Shown: in pieces, positions 53,186 through 63,960 of the stretch | Position numbering within the stretch: position 1 is the stretch's first letter | How the letters are laid out: every line of letters begins with the position of its first letter | Assembly (NCBI GenBank): GCA_963843115.1 | Contig: CAWJJB010000007.1 | Location: forward strand, 26,128 to 90,127 | Origin: an uncultured Gemmatimonadales bacterium | GTDB lineage: Bacteria > Gemmatimonadota > Gemmatimonadetes > Gemmatimonadales > GWC2-71-9 | Reading direction: 5' to 3' | Length of the DNA stretch: 64,000 bases | The notes under the pieces: generated by a model | The model's input: the letters and a program-made list of their open reading frames with translations, nothing else | The model's database searches: none | What the model was told of the DNA's origin: nothing | Position numbers and translations under genes: made by a program

Positions 53186-53866
53186 ATGGATTCAGCTTCG
53201 CCGTCTCTGCCCCACCCGATCCCGGACGAAGTCGCCACCAGGTCCCGCGGCGACATCCGTCGGCGCGAGATCCTCGACGCCGCCTTTTTCGTGTTCGGAA
53301 AGCTCGGGTATGAGCGCGCCACCCTCAATGACGTGGCCGGCGCCATCGGCATCAGCGCCGGGACGATCTGCCATCACTTCGGCACCAAGAACGACCTCTT
53401 CGAGGCCGTCATCGCCGATCGCTTCCTCCGGTTCCAGATGGAAATCGAGGCGCTCCTCGTGGATCACGAGGGCACCTACCTCGCGCTCCTGCACAAGATT
53501 GTGGGCCGCTTCTGGGATTACCTCTGGGAGCCCGGCCAGCTCGACTTCATGCTCGTGAGCCAGGTCGAGGCACCGCAGTTTCCCGAGTCGGGAAGGCTCC
53601 AGTTCCAGCAGACCTGCTGCCGGTCGCGCAGCGTGCTCACCGCCATTCTCGAGGCCGGGATCAAGGCGGGGGAGTTCCGCGACATGGACGTGGACTGCGT
53701 CACCCGCAGTATTGCCCCGGCCATGCTCGGTATCGCGGCCAACCAGCATCGCTTCAGTTGCTACGACAGCGCGCCCATCAGCCGCGATCAGCTCCGTCGC
53801 ACGATACTCGAGGTCGTCGATCGCGCCGTGCTGCCATTCACGCTACCCCCAAACCATTCGAGCTGA
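53186..53866 (+). CDS. TetR/AcrR family transcriptional repressor
   Basis: N-terminal helix-turn-helix (LNDVAGAIGISAGTICHHFGTKNDLF). Confidence 0.85.
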   Translation: MDSASPSLPHPIPDEVATRSRGDIRRREILDAAFFVFGKLGYERATLNDVAGAIGISAGTICHHFGTKNDLFEAVIADRFLRFQMEIEALLVDHEGTYLALLHKIVGRFWDYLWEPGQLDFMLVSQVEAPQFPESGRLQFQQTCCRSRSVLTAILEAGIKAGEFRDMDVDCVTRSIAPAMLGIAANQHRFSCYDSAPISRDQLRRTILEVVDRAVLPFTLPPNHSS

Positions 53867-53873
53867 GGTGTTC

Positions 53874-55046
53874 ATGTCGGGCGTCATCGAACGCGCAACC
53901 TGCGCGGTAGCTCTCGTATCGCTGGTGACAGCCTGCAAGCCGCCGGCGCCCGCCGTGCCCCCGCCGCCCGCGGTCACCGCGGCGCCGGCCATCGGGCGCA
54001 CCGTGAATGAGTGGGATGAGTTCACCGGTCGCATCGAGGCGGTGGGCTACGTCGAGGTGCGCCCGCGCGTCTCCGGCTTCATCGAGAAGGTGGCGTTCAC
54101 CGAGGGGAAGGAAGTGAAGAAGGGCGAGGTGCTCTTCGTCATCGACCAGCGCGAATACCGGGACGCACTCGATCGCGCCCAGGCCAGCCTCACCCAGGCG
54201 CAGACCCAGGCCAGCCTGGCACGGAGCGAGGCGGACCGCGCCAGGCCGCTGGTGGCCGAGAACGCGATTTCACGGGAGGAATACGACGCGCGCGTCAGCG
54301 GCAGCGCCCGGGCCGAGGCGGGCATCCAGGCCGCCGAGGCGGCGGTGCGCACGGCGAAGCTCAACCTCGACTGGACCCTCGTGCGCGCGCCGATCAGCGG
54401 CCGGGTCAGCCGCGCCGAGGTCACGGCGGGCAACATCGTCCAGGGCGGGGCACCGACGCCAACCCTCCTCACCACCATTGTCTCGCTCGATCCGGTCTAC
54501 GTCTACTTCGAGGGCGACGAGCAGGCGTATCTGCGGTACAACCAGCTGGCCCGCGAAGGCGCCCGCGAGAGCTCGCGCTACGCGAAGAACCCGGTCCGCC
54601 TGGGCCTCGCCAACGAGGAGGGCTACCCGCACACCGGCTACGTCGACTTCGTGGACAACCAGCTCAACCCGAACACCGGCACCATCCGCGCCCGCGCCGT
54701 GTTCAGCAACAAGGACCGCTACTTCACCCCCGGGCTCTTTGCCCGCATCCAGCTGCTTGGCAGCGGGAAGTTCGACGCCGTCCTGGTGCAGGACGGTGCC
54801 GTCGGCACCGACCAGGATCGCAAGTTCGTGTACGTGCTCAAGCCGGACAGCACGGTGGAATATCGCGGCGTGGAACTCGGCCGCATCGTCGAGGGCCTGC
54901 GCATCATCCGGAAGGGCATTGCCCCCGGCGATGACGTCGTGATCAACGGCCTGCAGCGCATCCGGCCGGGCATGAAGGTCACGCCCACCATCACCACCAT
55001 GCAACCGTCCGACTCCGGCCAGACGGCGCAGCGAGGCCCCGAATGA
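53874..55046 (+). CDS. efflux RND periplasmic adaptor subunit (membrane fusion protein, lipoprotein)
   Basis: Lipobox LVTAC. HlyD_D23 and beta-barrel patterns. GAGGTG RBS. Confidence 0.85.
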   Translation: MSGVIERATCAVALVSLVTACKPPAPAVPPPPAVTAAPAIGRTVNEWDEFTGRIEAVGYVEVRPRVSGFIEKVAFTEGKEVKKGEVLFVIDQREYRDALDRAQASLTQAQTQASLARSEADRARPLVAENAISREEYDARVSGSARAEAGIQAAEAAVRTAKLNLDWTLVRAPISGRVSRAEVTAGNIVQGGAPTPTLLTTIVSLDPVYVYFEGDEQAYLRYNQLAREGARESSRYAKNPVRLGLANEEGYPHTGYVDFVDNQLNPNTGTIRARAVFSNKDRYFTPGLFARIQLLGSGKFDAVLVQDGAVGTDQDRKFVYVLKPDSTVEYRGVELGRIVEGLRIIRKGIAPGDDVVINGLQRIRPGMKVTPTITTMQPSDSGQTAQRGPE

Positions 55047-58000
55047 AGTTCTCCCGGTTCTTCATCGACCGGCCGATCTTCGCGGCCGTGCTCTCCATCG
55101 TCATCCTGATCGCGGGCATCCTGTCGATCCAGGTGCTCCCGATTTCGGAGTATCCCGACGTCGTCCCGCCGTCGGTGGTGGTCACGGCAGTGTACCCCGG
55201 CGCCAACCCGCGCGTCATCGCCGCCACCGTCGCCACGCCCCTGGAGGAAGTGGTCAACGGCGTGGACAACATGCTGTACATGTCGTCCCAGGCCACTGCG
55301 GACGGCCTGCTCAACCTCACTGTCACCTTCAAGATCGGCACCGACGTCGACCTGGCGCAGGTGCAGGTGCAGAACCGGGTCAGCCAGGCGCTCCCTCGGC
55401 TTCCGGAGGAAGTGCGGCAGATCGGTGTCAGCACCGTCAAGAGCGCGCCCAACCTCACGATGGTGGTGCACATCGTGTCGCCCGACGAGCGCTACGACGA
55501 GCTGTACCTGCGCAACTACGCCGTGCTCCAGGTCAAGGATCGGCTCTCCCGCATCCCCGGCGTCGGGCAGGTGCAGGTCTTCGGCGGCGGCGACTACGCG
55601 ATGCGCATCTGGCTCGACCCGCAGCAGATCGCGGCCCGGGGCCTCACCGCCGGCGATGTGGTCGGGGCCATCCGCGAGCAGAACGTCCAGGTGGCGGCTG
55701 GGGTCGTGGGCGGCTCGCCCATGCCCGACAAGATCGCCTATCAGTTGAGCGTCAACGCGCGCGGACGCCTCGCCAACGAGGAGGAATTCGGGCAGATCAT
55801 CATCAAGGTCGGCAAGAACGGTGAGCTCACCCGCCTCAAGGACGTGGCCCGCATCGAGCTGGCCGCCGGCAGCTACTCGCTGCGCTCGAGCCTGAACAAC
55901 AAGCCCGCCGTCGGCATCGGCATCTTCCAGGCGCCGGGATCGAATGCCCTGCAGCTCTCCAGTGCTGTCCGGGCCACGATGGCGGAGATCAAGGTGACCA
56001 TGCCGCAGGGTGTGGACTACAGCGTGGTCTACGACCCCACCCGGTTCGTCAGTGAATCAATCAACGAGGTCATCAAGACGCTCTTCGAGGCCACGCTGCT
56101 CGTGGTCATCGTCGTGGTGCTGTTCCTCCAGACGTGGCGCGCATCGATCATCCCCCTGGTGGCGGTACCGATCTCGATCGTCGGCACCTTTGCCGTGCTG
56201 GAGATGTTCGGGTTCTCCATCAATACGCTGTCGCTCTTCGGCCTGGTCCTCGCCATCGGCATCGTGGTGGACGACGCCATCGTCGTGGTCGAGAACGTGG
56301 AGCGGAACATCGAGGAGGGGTTGTCGCCGCTCGATGCCGCCCACAAGGCCATGGACGAGGTGAGCGGCCCGATCATTGCGATCGCCCTCGTCCTGTGCGC
56401 GGTATTCGTCCCGATTGCATTCATCAGTGGCCTGACGGGCCAGTTCTACCGCCAGTTCGCCCTGACGATTGCCTTTTCCACGCTCATCTCGGCGTTCAAC
56501 TCGCTGACGCTGTCGCCGGCCCTGGCCGCCATCCTGCTCAAGCCCCACGGCGCGCCGCCCGATCGCCTTACCATCATCATCGACCGCCTGTTCGGCTGGA
56601 TCTTCCGGCCCTTCAACCGGGTGTTCAAGCGCGGCTCGGAGCGCTACCGCAACGGCGTCAAGGGCGCCATTGCGCGCTCGCCGCTCGCGCTCGGCGTGTA
56701 CGCGGTGCTCCTCGTCGCCACCGCCTTCATGTTCCGCATCGTGCCGGACGGCTTCGTGCCGACCCAGGACAAGCAGTACCTCATCGCGTTTGCCCAGCTC
56801 CCCGATGCCGCGACCCTCGACCGCACCGATGCGGTGATCCGCGAGATGTCACGCATTGGCCTGGAGCAGGAGGGTGTGCAGGATGCCGTCGCCTTCACCG
56901 GCCTCTCCATCAACGGGTTCGTGAATGCCTCGAACGGCGGCATCGTGTTCTTCCCCCTCAAGCCGTTCGAGGAGCGGAAGCAGAAGGACCTGTCGGGCGT
57001 TGCGCTCGCCGGGGCCCTCAACGCGAAGTTCAGCAGCATCCAGGGCGCCTTCGTGGCCGTCTTCCCGCCGCCGCCGGTGGAAGGCATCGGCTCGCTCGGC
57101 GGGTTCAAGGTGGAGATCGAGGACCGGGCCGGGCTCGGCGAGGAGGAGCTGTACCGGGCCACCCAGGCGGCGATCGGGAAGGCGTACCAGAACCCGAAGC
57201 TGGCCGGGATGTTCAGCGGCTTCCAGATCAACGTGCCCCAGCTCCTGGTGGATGTCGACCGGGACAAGGTGAAGCAGCAGGGCATCGCGCTCACGGACGT
57301 CTTCCAGACCATGCAGATCTTCCTGGGGTCGCTCTACATCAACGACTTCAACAAGTTCGGCCGCACCTATCAGGTCATTGCCCAGGCCGACGCCCCGTTC
57401 CGCTCCACCGCGGAGGGCATCAAGCTGCTCCAGGTGCGCAACGCGGCCGGGGAGATGGTCCCGCTCGGCTCGATCGTGCAGGTGCGCCAGACGTATGGTC
57501 CGGACCGTGTGCTCCGGTACAATGCCTATCCCGCCGCCGACATCAACGGCGGGGCCGCGCCAGGGGTGAGTTCGGGCGAGGCACGGACCATCATGGAGAA
57601 CATCCTGAAGGAGACGCTGCCGAATGGCTTCGGCTATGAGTGGACCGAGCTGACCTATCAGGAAATCCTGGCCGGGAACACCGCCGTGTTCGTCTTCCCG
57701 CTCTGCGTACTGCTCGCCTTCCTGGTGCTGGCGGCGCAATACGAGAGCTGGAGCATGCCGCTCGCCGTGATCCTTATCGTGCCCATGTGTATCCTCTGCG
57801 CGCTCATCGGCGTGTGGCTCACCGGGGGCGACACGAACGTCTTCACCCAGGTCGGGCTGGTCGTGCTGGTCGGCCTCGCCTGCAAGAACGCCATCCTGAT
57901 CGTGGAGTTCGCGCGAGAAGCGCAGATGAAGGGTGCCACCGCGGTCGAGGCGGCGCTCGAGGCGTGCCGCCTCCGGCTCCGCCCGATCCTCATGACCTCG

Positions 58001-58228
58001 TTCGCCTTCATCATGGGCGTGGTCCCGCTGGTCATCTCCCGTGGCGCCGGCGCGGAAATGCGGCACGCCATGGGCGTCGCCGTGTTCTCCGGCATGCTCG
58101 GCGTCACCTTCTTCGGTCTCATCCTCACCCCGGTGTTCTACGTGGCCATCCAGAAGCTCGTCGCGCGCCGGGCCGGTGCCTCGGAGCCGGTCCTGGCCCC
58201 AGCCCACGGCGGAGATGCGCATGTCTAG
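55043..58228 (+). CDS. RND multidrug efflux permease (HAE1, AcrB/MexB-like)
   Basis: 1061 aa, 12 TM helices. MKFSRFFIDRPIFAAVLSIVI N-terminus. Confidence 0.9.
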   Translation: MKFSRFFIDRPIFAAVLSIVILIAGILSIQVLPISEYPDVVPPSVVVTAVYPGANPRVIAATVATPLEEVVNGVDNMLYMSSQATADGLLNLTVTFKIGTDVDLAQVQVQNRVSQALPRLPEEVRQIGVSTVKSAPNLTMVVHIVSPDERYDELYLRNYAVLQVKDRLSRIPGVGQVQVFGGGDYAMRIWLDPQQIAARGLTAGDVVGAIREQNVQVAAGVVGGSPMPDKIAYQLSVNARGRLANEEEFGQIIIKVGKNGELTRLKDVARIELAAGSYSLRSSLNNKPAVGIGIFQAPGSNALQLSSAVRATMAEIKVTMPQGVDYSVVYDPTRFVSESINEVIKTLFEATLLVVIVVVLFLQTWRASIIPLVAVPISIVGTFAVLEMFGFSINTLSLFGLVLAIGIVVDDAIVVVENVERNIEEGLSPLDAAHKAMDEVSGPIIAIALVLCAVFVPIAFISGLTGQFYRQFALTIAFSTLISAFNSLTLSPALAAILLKPHGAPPDRLTIIIDRLFGWIFRPFNRVFKRGSERYRNGVKGAIARSPLALGVYAVLLVATAFMFRIVPDGFVPTQDKQYLIAFAQLPDAATLDRTDAVIREMSRIGLEQEGVQDAVAFTGLSINGFVNASNGGIVFFPLKPFEERKQKDLSGVALAGALNAKFSSIQGAFVAVFPPPPVEGIGSLGGFKVEIEDRAGLGEEELYRATQAAIGKAYQNPKLAGMFSGFQINVPQLLVDVDRDKVKQQGIALTDVFQTMQIFLGSLYINDFNKFGRTYQVIAQADAPFRSTAEGIKLLQVRNAAGEMVPLGSIVQVRQTYGPDRVLRYNAYPAADINGGAAPGVSSGEARTIMENILKETLPNGFGYEWTELTYQEILAGNTAVFVFPLCVLLAFLVLAAQYESWSMPLAVILIVPMCILCALIGVWLTGGDTNVFTQVGLVVLVGLACKNAILIVEFAREAQMKGATAVEAALEACRLRLRPILMTSFAFIMGVVPLVISRGAGAEMRHAMGVAVFSGMLGVTFFGLILTPVFYVAIQKLVARRAGASEPVLAPAHGGDAHV

Positions 58229-59687
58229 GTCGACCCCGCTCCTCGTCATGCTCCTCGCCGGGTGCGCGGTCGGCCCGTCCTACCGGCAGCCGGTTGTCGC
58301 GCCGGCGTCGGGGCAGGTGAGCATCCGCATCCCCGACAGCGTGCAGGCGAAGCTCGATACCGTCGTGACGCTGCGCGACAGCCTGCGCCAGGTGAAGGCG
58401 GGGCAGCCCGTCGACCTGGTCACCGGCACCAGCGCCGATGTGGCCTGGCTCAACCTGCTGCAGGACACCGTGCTGGTGCAGCTGGTGCGGCGCGCCATCG
58501 ACAACAATCGCGACATCCAGCTCGCCATGGCGCGGGTGCGTGAGGGCCGGGCCCTCGCCGGAGCCGCCAAGGGGCAACTCTTCCCGCAGCTTTATGCGAA
58601 CGCCTCCGCCAGCGCGAACCAGGTCGTGTTCGGCACCTTCGGCACGCAGAAGTACGACGCGCTGATCGCCCAGGCCAACCTGCAGTGGGAGCTCGATTTC
58701 TGGGGTGGTATTCGGCGCTCGGTGCAGGCGGCGAATTTCGATGCCGCGGCGCGGGAGGAGGGCGAGAACGCCGTCCGCCTCACGCTGGTAGCGGATGTCG
58801 CCACCGCGTACGTGGAGTTGCGCGAGTTCGACGACGACCTCGCCATCTCCCTCAGCACCCTCGAGAGTCGCCGGGAAACGCTGCGCATTGCCCAGCGCCG
58901 CTACGAGCAGGGCCTCATCTCCGAGCTCGATGTCCGCCAGTTCGAGGCCCAGGTGGCGGCGCCGGCAGCCGCCGTGGCCGCCTATACCCGTGCGGTCGCG
59001 CAGAAGGAAAACCAGCTGCGGGTACTGCTGGGCGATGGTCCCGGCCCGATACCGCGGGGGCTGCCGCTGGTCGATGTGGTGCGCGGGCTCAATGTCCCCG
59101 ACTCGCTGCCCTCAACCCTCGTGGCCCAGCGCCCCGACGTGAAGCGCGCCGATCGCGAGGCCGCCGCGTCCAGCGCCCGCATCGGGGTCGCCGTGGCCAA
59201 CCGCCTGCCCCAGTTCCTCGTCACCGGTTCCTACGGGACCCAGGCCACTGGCACCTCGCAGTTGTTCAAGAGCTCCACCGAGACGTATCTCCTGCAGGGT
59301 GGCATCTCCATTCCGCTCTTCACCGGTGGGCGGCTCCTGAACGAACAGCGCGCCGCCGAGGCCCGCGCCGACCAGTCACGCTCGGCGTACGAGCAGACGG
59401 TCCTGGTGGCGCTCAGTGAAATGGGGGATGCACTCGTGGGTGTGCGCACCAGCCGCGACCAGGCCGCCGCCCTCGACCTGCAGGTGGCAGCACTCGAGCG
59501 GGCCCAGGCGCTCGCCACCATGAGGTATGAGGCGGGCTTGTCGAGCTATCTCGACCTGCTCGACGCCCAGCGCGCGCTCTACGAGGCGCAACTCGTACAG
59601 GCACAGACGCGTCGCCTCCGCCTCACGTCGGCGGTGCAGCTGTACAAGGCGCTGGGCGGAAGCTGGACGCAGGAGATGCAGAACTAG
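58221..59687 (+). CDS. efflux outer-membrane factor lipoprotein (NodT/OprM family)
   Basis: Lipobox LLAGC. Two TolC-like repeats. Overlaps the RND stop. Confidence 0.85.
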   Translation: MSRSTPLLVMLLAGCAVGPSYRQPVVAPASGQVSIRIPDSVQAKLDTVVTLRDSLRQVKAGQPVDLVTGTSADVAWLNLLQDTVLVQLVRRAIDNNRDIQLAMARVREGRALAGAAKGQLFPQLYANASASANQVVFGTFGTQKYDALIAQANLQWELDFWGGIRRSVQAANFDAAAREEGENAVRLTLVADVATAYVELREFDDDLAISLSTLESRRETLRIAQRRYEQGLISELDVRQFEAQVAAPAAAVAAYTRAVAQKENQLRVLLGDGPGPIPRGLPLVDVVRGLNVPDSLPSTLVAQRPDVKRADREAAASSARIGVAVANRLPQFLVTGSYGTQATGTSQLFKSSTETYLLQGGISIPLFTGGRLLNEQRAAEARADQSRSAYEQTVLVALSEMGDALVGVRTSRDQAAALDLQVAALERAQALATMRYEAGLSSYLDLLDAQRALYEAQLVQAQTRRLRLTSAVQLYKALGGSWTQEMQN

Positions 59688-59707
59688 GCCGGGGGTTCGC
59701 ACCGAAA

Positions 59708-59729
59708 CCCTGGGACGATCGACCCAGGG
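59708..59729 (+). terminator. hairpin CCCTGGG-acgatcga-CCCAGGG downstream of the efflux operon
   Basis: 7-bp perfect stem. No U-tract (common in high-GC genomes). Confidence 0.4.
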
Positions 59730-59776
59730 TGGGGGCCACTCCTTGCCAGTGCAAGTGTTTGGGCCGAGCTTGTGGT

Positions 59777-60808
59777 ATGACGCCGCGTCATGCTCGGTTC
59801 GCGCTGCTCTGTCTCCTTGCCGCGTGCGGGTCGGATTCTCCCGTCACGCCTGAGCCGGTTGCCCAGGATCCTGGTCCCGTCGTTACGATACCAGGGGCCA
59901 ATCTCGGCATCTCGGCAGACTCCATTTGCATGCAGGCACCACTCGGCGGCGCCAACCCCAGGCCCGACGACGTGCGCATCACGTCGCTCACCGGCGCCGA
60001 GATCTCCGGACTTGTAGCAACCATTGCATATGGGCCGGGTCAGCCCACAGGCTGGCTCTCCACCGCATTCGACCAGCCGTCCACGCCCGCCCGGCTCTGG
60101 CTCACCGTCACTACCGGCAGTGTGCCTGAAGGTGACTGGTGGGCCGATGTCACGGTCAGCGCGCCGGGGGGCGGCACGCCGCGCGTGATTCGCGTGCACT
60201 TCACCGTGAAGCCGCCTGTGGCGGACGCACTTGTCACGCTCGAGCTCGGCGGCTTCACGATTTTCGACCTTTCGCCCGGCACCGGCATCGTGACGGGGAA
60301 TGGCTTCGATTGTGATTTCACTTCCGGATCGCACTGCTCTCAGCGCCTTCCCATCGGCACGGAGCTGACGCTGACGGCGACGCCCGATCCGAACAACTTT
60401 TTCCTCTGTTGGGCGACGCCGACGCCGGATTGTCCTGGGTCGATGGACCCTCAGTACAATGTCACCCTTTCCGGCGACCTCACCATCTGGGTGTACTTCG
60501 CCCTGTATGGTTACGACATCTCCGTCACGGTGGTTGGAGCCGGTGCAGATGGCGTGGTGGAGGCCCCCGACGGTTCCGACCTGCCTGGCGGGATCAACTG
60601 TCAACTGGCAGCCGGAGTTCAATCTGGTCAGTGTGGAGCCCACCAATGGTATGGAGCTCGCTCGACCAGCCTCTCTGCGCGTGCTGCGGAGGGAAGCGTC
60701 TTCGTCGGCTGGACCAGCGGCTGTACGGCAGTTGGCGGGACCACGTGTGAACTGGCTCCTCTACCCGGTGGCAGCTACTCCGTCACCGCGACCTTCGCCA
60801 GGCCGTAG
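59777..60808 (+). CDS. lipoprotein with two divergent InlB-B-repeat-type (bacterial repeat) domains
   Basis: Lipobox LLAACGSD. C..C...G..LTLTA.P...F..W...C.G motifs, twice. Confidence 0.55.
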   Translation: MTPRHARFALLCLLAACGSDSPVTPEPVAQDPGPVVTIPGANLGISADSICMQAPLGGANPRPDDVRITSLTGAEISGLVATIAYGPGQPTGWLSTAFDQPSTPARLWLTVTTGSVPEGDWWADVTVSAPGGGTPRVIRVHFTVKPPVADALVTLELGGFTIFDLSPGTGIVTGNGFDCDFTSGSHCSQRLPIGTELTLTATPDPNNFFLCWATPTPDCPGSMDPQYNVTLSGDLTIWVYFALYGYDISVTVVGAGADGVVEAPDGSDLPGGINCQLAAGVQSGQCGAHQWYGARSTSLSARAAEGSVFVGWTSGCTAVGGTTCELAPLPGGSYSVTATFARP

Positions 60809-60830
60809 TATTCCCCGGATTCGGTGACCC

Positions 60831-61334
60831 GTGTACTTCTGGAAGGTTGATCGCCTCAAGGCTGAACTCCGGGATGCGCCCCTGCCCGCGCATCAGGTGC
60901 TCGCGTACATCCTCGCGTTCGTCGCCTTGTGGTCAGTGACGCTGGCGCCGACGAACATGCCGGCACAAGCGGACCTTCCGTCGCTCACGCCGCTGAGCTG
61001 GGCGCTGGGCGCCGCCAACGCCATCGGCCTCTATCTGGCGTACCGCGCGAACGGTGGCAGGGAAGGGCCCGACTTCGCGGCCCGGCTGCTCGCGTTGATG
61101 TGGATAGTCAGCATGCGACTGATGGTTTTCCTGGGCGTGGCGGGTATCGTGTTCCTCCTCGCCTTTTTCGGCTGGTCGGCTCGTTCAACTGTCGATGCCG
61201 TCCCCGCGCCGGCCAATGTGGTGAAAATTGTGGTTGGATTCACGGCGCTGGTGCAGCTGCTGTTCTACTGGCGACTCGTGCACCACATGGCGACGATCGG
61301 AAAGGCGCAGCCGGCGGCAAATCCGGGGGCCTGA
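60831..61334 (+). CDS. membrane protein, four TM helices, unknown function
   Basis: Hydrophobicity only. Confidence 0.45.
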   Translation: MYFWKVDRLKAELRDAPLPAHQVLAYILAFVALWSVTLAPTNMPAQADLPSLTPLSWALGAANAIGLYLAYRANGGREGPDFAARLLALMWIVSMRLMVFLGVAGIVFLLAFFGWSARSTVDAVPAPANVVKIVVGFTALVQLLFYWRLVHHMATIGKAQPAANPGA

Positions 61335-61505
61335 AGGAGATCGCCATCGTGGAGGGTCACCGCGCTGGCGTTGGCCGTGCCGCTCCATCCCGATAAATTC
61401 CCTTCCGTACCTCGCGATGCGCACCGGTTCGGCCGGAACCCGGTCGCGCCCCGGCGGTATGACATGCTATCGTCGCCCTCGTGATTCCCCTTGCAAGGCA
61501 GGTTG

Positions 61506-62273
61506 ATGATACCGGCACGCCACGCCCCCATTTACTTCGCCGCCACGCTTGCATTGCTCACGATGGCCGCTTCTGCGGCCGCCCAGTCCATCCCGGCTGC
61601 CCGGTCCGCCCCCGCTGACACCACCGACCGGTTCAAGCTCAACTTCGACCTCGGTCTCGTCGCAGCCTCGGGGAACACCAACCTGACCACCTTCACCTTC
61701 GCCGAGAAGCTCGACGTCCTCGCCGGCAAGTGGAGGGTGCAGCAGGGTGCGAGGATGGTGAACGGCAAGTCCGATGGCATCGAGACCGTCAATGAGTACG
61801 CGGTCTTCGTGCAGCCCGAGTATCGCCTCGCCAGGCGCTGGAAGGCCTACGCGCTCGGCAGCTGGGACCGCAATCCATTCATCGGCATTGTGCAGCGGTT
61901 CCAGGAGGGCGTTGGCGCATCGTTTTCCGCGCTGCTCGGGCCCCGGCACTTCCTGACCCTCGAGGCTGGCGTATCGTTCTTCCAGCAGGAGTTCACCAGC
62001 GGAACGTCGAGCTCCTTCCCCACGGGGCGCGCGCAGGGCACCTACAAGTTTGCCATCACGCCCAAGGCATACGTGCAGGATATCCTCATATACCTGCCGA
62101 ACCTCGAGGAGACCGGCGACTACCGCATTAACAACGAGCTCGCGGTGGTAGCGCCGATCATGAACCATCTGGCACTCAAGGCGTCATACGTGCTCCAGTA
62201 CCAGAGTGCGCCGCAGCCGGGCTTCGGCACCACCGACAACCTGTACACCACCGGCCTGCAGGTGACGTTTTGA
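61506..62273 (+). CDS. DUF481 outer-membrane beta-barrel family protein
   Basis: Signal peptide. Alternating beta-strand pattern ending in a terminal F. Confidence 0.65.
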   Translation: MIPARHAPIYFAATLALLTMAASAAAQSIPAARSAPADTTDRFKLNFDLGLVAASGNTNLTTFTFAEKLDVLAGKWRVQQGARMVNGKSDGIETVNEYAVFVQPEYRLARRWKAYALGSWDRNPFIGIVQRFQEGVGASFSALLGPRHFLTLEAGVSFFQQEFTSGTSSSFPTGRAQGTYKFAITPKAYVQDILIYLPNLEETGDYRINNELAVVAPIMNHLALKASYVLQYQSAPQPGFGTTDNLYTTGLQVTF

Positions 62274-62336
62274 TGCGGCGTGCCCCGCGCCGCCGCCCAC
62301 TGGCGCGCTGCGCCCCAACCCGGCGATAATGACTCC

Positions 62337-63176
62337 ATGATCATCGACTGCCACGTCCACCTGAACAACTATCACAAAGAGGTGGCGGTCTCGCTCGACG
62401 ACAGCCTCGAGAAACTCCAGGCCGAGATGGTCGCCAACAACGTGACCTATTCCCTCGTCCTCACCAGTTACCTCGTCAATCCCAATCGCCCCAGTACGTC
62501 CCAGGTCGTCCGGGCCGTCGAGAAGCTCCCGAACGTCGGCGTGGTCGCGGGCATCAGCTACCTCAACTACAAGCAGCGCGACCTGCGCGAGCTCGCCGAC
62601 TTCCTTGGCGAGGGACTGGTCAAGGGACTCAAGCTCTACCCCGGCTACGAGCCGTTCTATCCCCACGACCACCGGCTCAAGGTGGTGTACGAGCTGGCGG
62701 AGGAGTTCGACGTGCCGGTGATGATCCACTCCGGCGACACCTTCAGCCCGGGCGGCAAGGTCAAGTACTCCCACCCGCTGGAGGTGGACGAGGTCGCCGT
62801 CGATCATCCCAACGTGAAGTTCGTCATCTGTCACCTCGGCAATCCGTGGCTCGTGGACTGCATGGAGGTGGTGTACAAGAACAGCAATGTCTACGCTGAC
62901 TTTTCCGGGCTGGTGCTGGGCGAGTTCACCGAGGCGTTCGAGGACTACATGGAGGAGCAGATCGCGGAGGTCCTGCTGTATGCCGGCGACGCCAGCAAGA
63001 TCCTCTACGGCACCGACTGGCCCATCTGCTCGATGAAGTCGTACCTCGAGTTCGTGAGCCAGCTGAAGCTCAGCGATGCCGATCGGCATGCCATCATGTA
63101 CGAGAACGCCCGCACCCTCTTCAAGCTGCCGCTGCCACCGGCCGCGCCACCGGTCACCACCGCGCCCGCTACCTGA
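62337..63176 (+). CDS. amidohydrolase-2 family TIM-barrel hydrolase
   Basis: MIIDCHVHLNNY N-terminus. HSGD and CHLGNPW motifs. Confidence 0.75.
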   Translation: MIIDCHVHLNNYHKEVAVSLDDSLEKLQAEMVANNVTYSLVLTSYLVNPNRPSTSQVVRAVEKLPNVGVVAGISYLNYKQRDLRELADFLGEGLVKGLKLYPGYEPFYPHDHRLKVVYELAEEFDVPVMIHSGDTFSPGGKVKYSHPLEVDEVAVDHPNVKFVICHLGNPWLVDCMEVVYKNSNVYADFSGLVLGEFTEAFEDYMEEQIAEVLLYAGDASKILYGTDWPICSMKSYLEFVSQLKLSDADRHAIMYENARTLFKLPLPPAAPPVTTAPAT

Positions 63177-63960
63177 CCGCTGGGCGGCGCGGCCGGGCCG
63201 CCGCCGCACCGGACGGTGCCACCGATCGGCGCAGGGCAGGGAGGTCCTTCAGCTGCAGCTGGCCGACATAGGTGCGCCCATGCAGTGACCGGAGCATCCG
63301 GCGGAATTCCGGTCTCGACATCGGGCGCGGAATCCGGTAGATGCGCCGCCAGGTGGTGAAGAGCAGCCGCCGGATCTTCGCGGCCGGCAGGCGCTTCGGC
63401 GCGCGGAGCAGCGACTCGTAGTACAGCACCAGCGGCACCGGGCGATCGGTGCCGTGCAGGCTGGGCTGGACATAGTCGAAGTCCAGGGCGAGCACGCTGT
63501 CGCGACGGATCAATCGCGCCAGCCATGGATTGTCCCGGTGCACCTCGCCGATCACCGCCTCCAGCGGTTCGCCGTTGATCCGCTGCGCGTCGCGCTGAAA
63601 CAGCGTCCGCAGCCGGCCCCGGAGGCGGGGGCCGACGCCGAATCCGCGGGCCGCGGGTGACACCGCCAGGTAGCCGACGACACCCATGTTGGTGTTGCCG
63701 AGATAGGTCCCGCTCGCCACGCCGATGACGGCACCGCGAAGTTCGGCTACCACCAGGTGCCAGCAACTGTCCCACCACAGGCCGGCCTCCCGTTCCCGGA
63801 GCGAGTTGCGCCACTCGCTCGCCGTGACGAGTTCGTCCTCGTGGAAGGCACGGCGCAGCAGGCGGTGGCCGGCCGCGATCGCCGGGTCGCTGGACGCGAT
63901 GACTTCCCGCACCGTCACCCGGGCCCTGGTCACGACGCCGTCCTGCCGGAGTTGTACCAT
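63169..63960 (-). CDS. GNAT-family N-acetyltransferase-like protein
   Basis: VVGYLAVSPAARGFGVGPRL motif-A-like segment. 3' end overlaps the convergent amidohydrolase by 8 nt. Confidence 0.5.
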   Translation of the reverse strand: MVQLRQDGVVTRARVTVREVIASSDPAIAAGHRLLRRAFHEDELVTASEWRNSLREREAGLWWDSCWHLVVAELRGAVIGVASGTYLGNTNMGVVGYLAVSPAARGFGVGPRLRGRLRTLFQRDAQRINGEPLEAVIGEVHRDNPWLARLIRRDSVLALDFDYVQPSLHGTDRPVPLVLYYESLLRAPKRLPAAKIRRLLFTTWRRIYRIPRPMSRPEFRRMLRSLHGRTYVGQLQLKDLPALRRSVAPSGAAAARPRRPAVR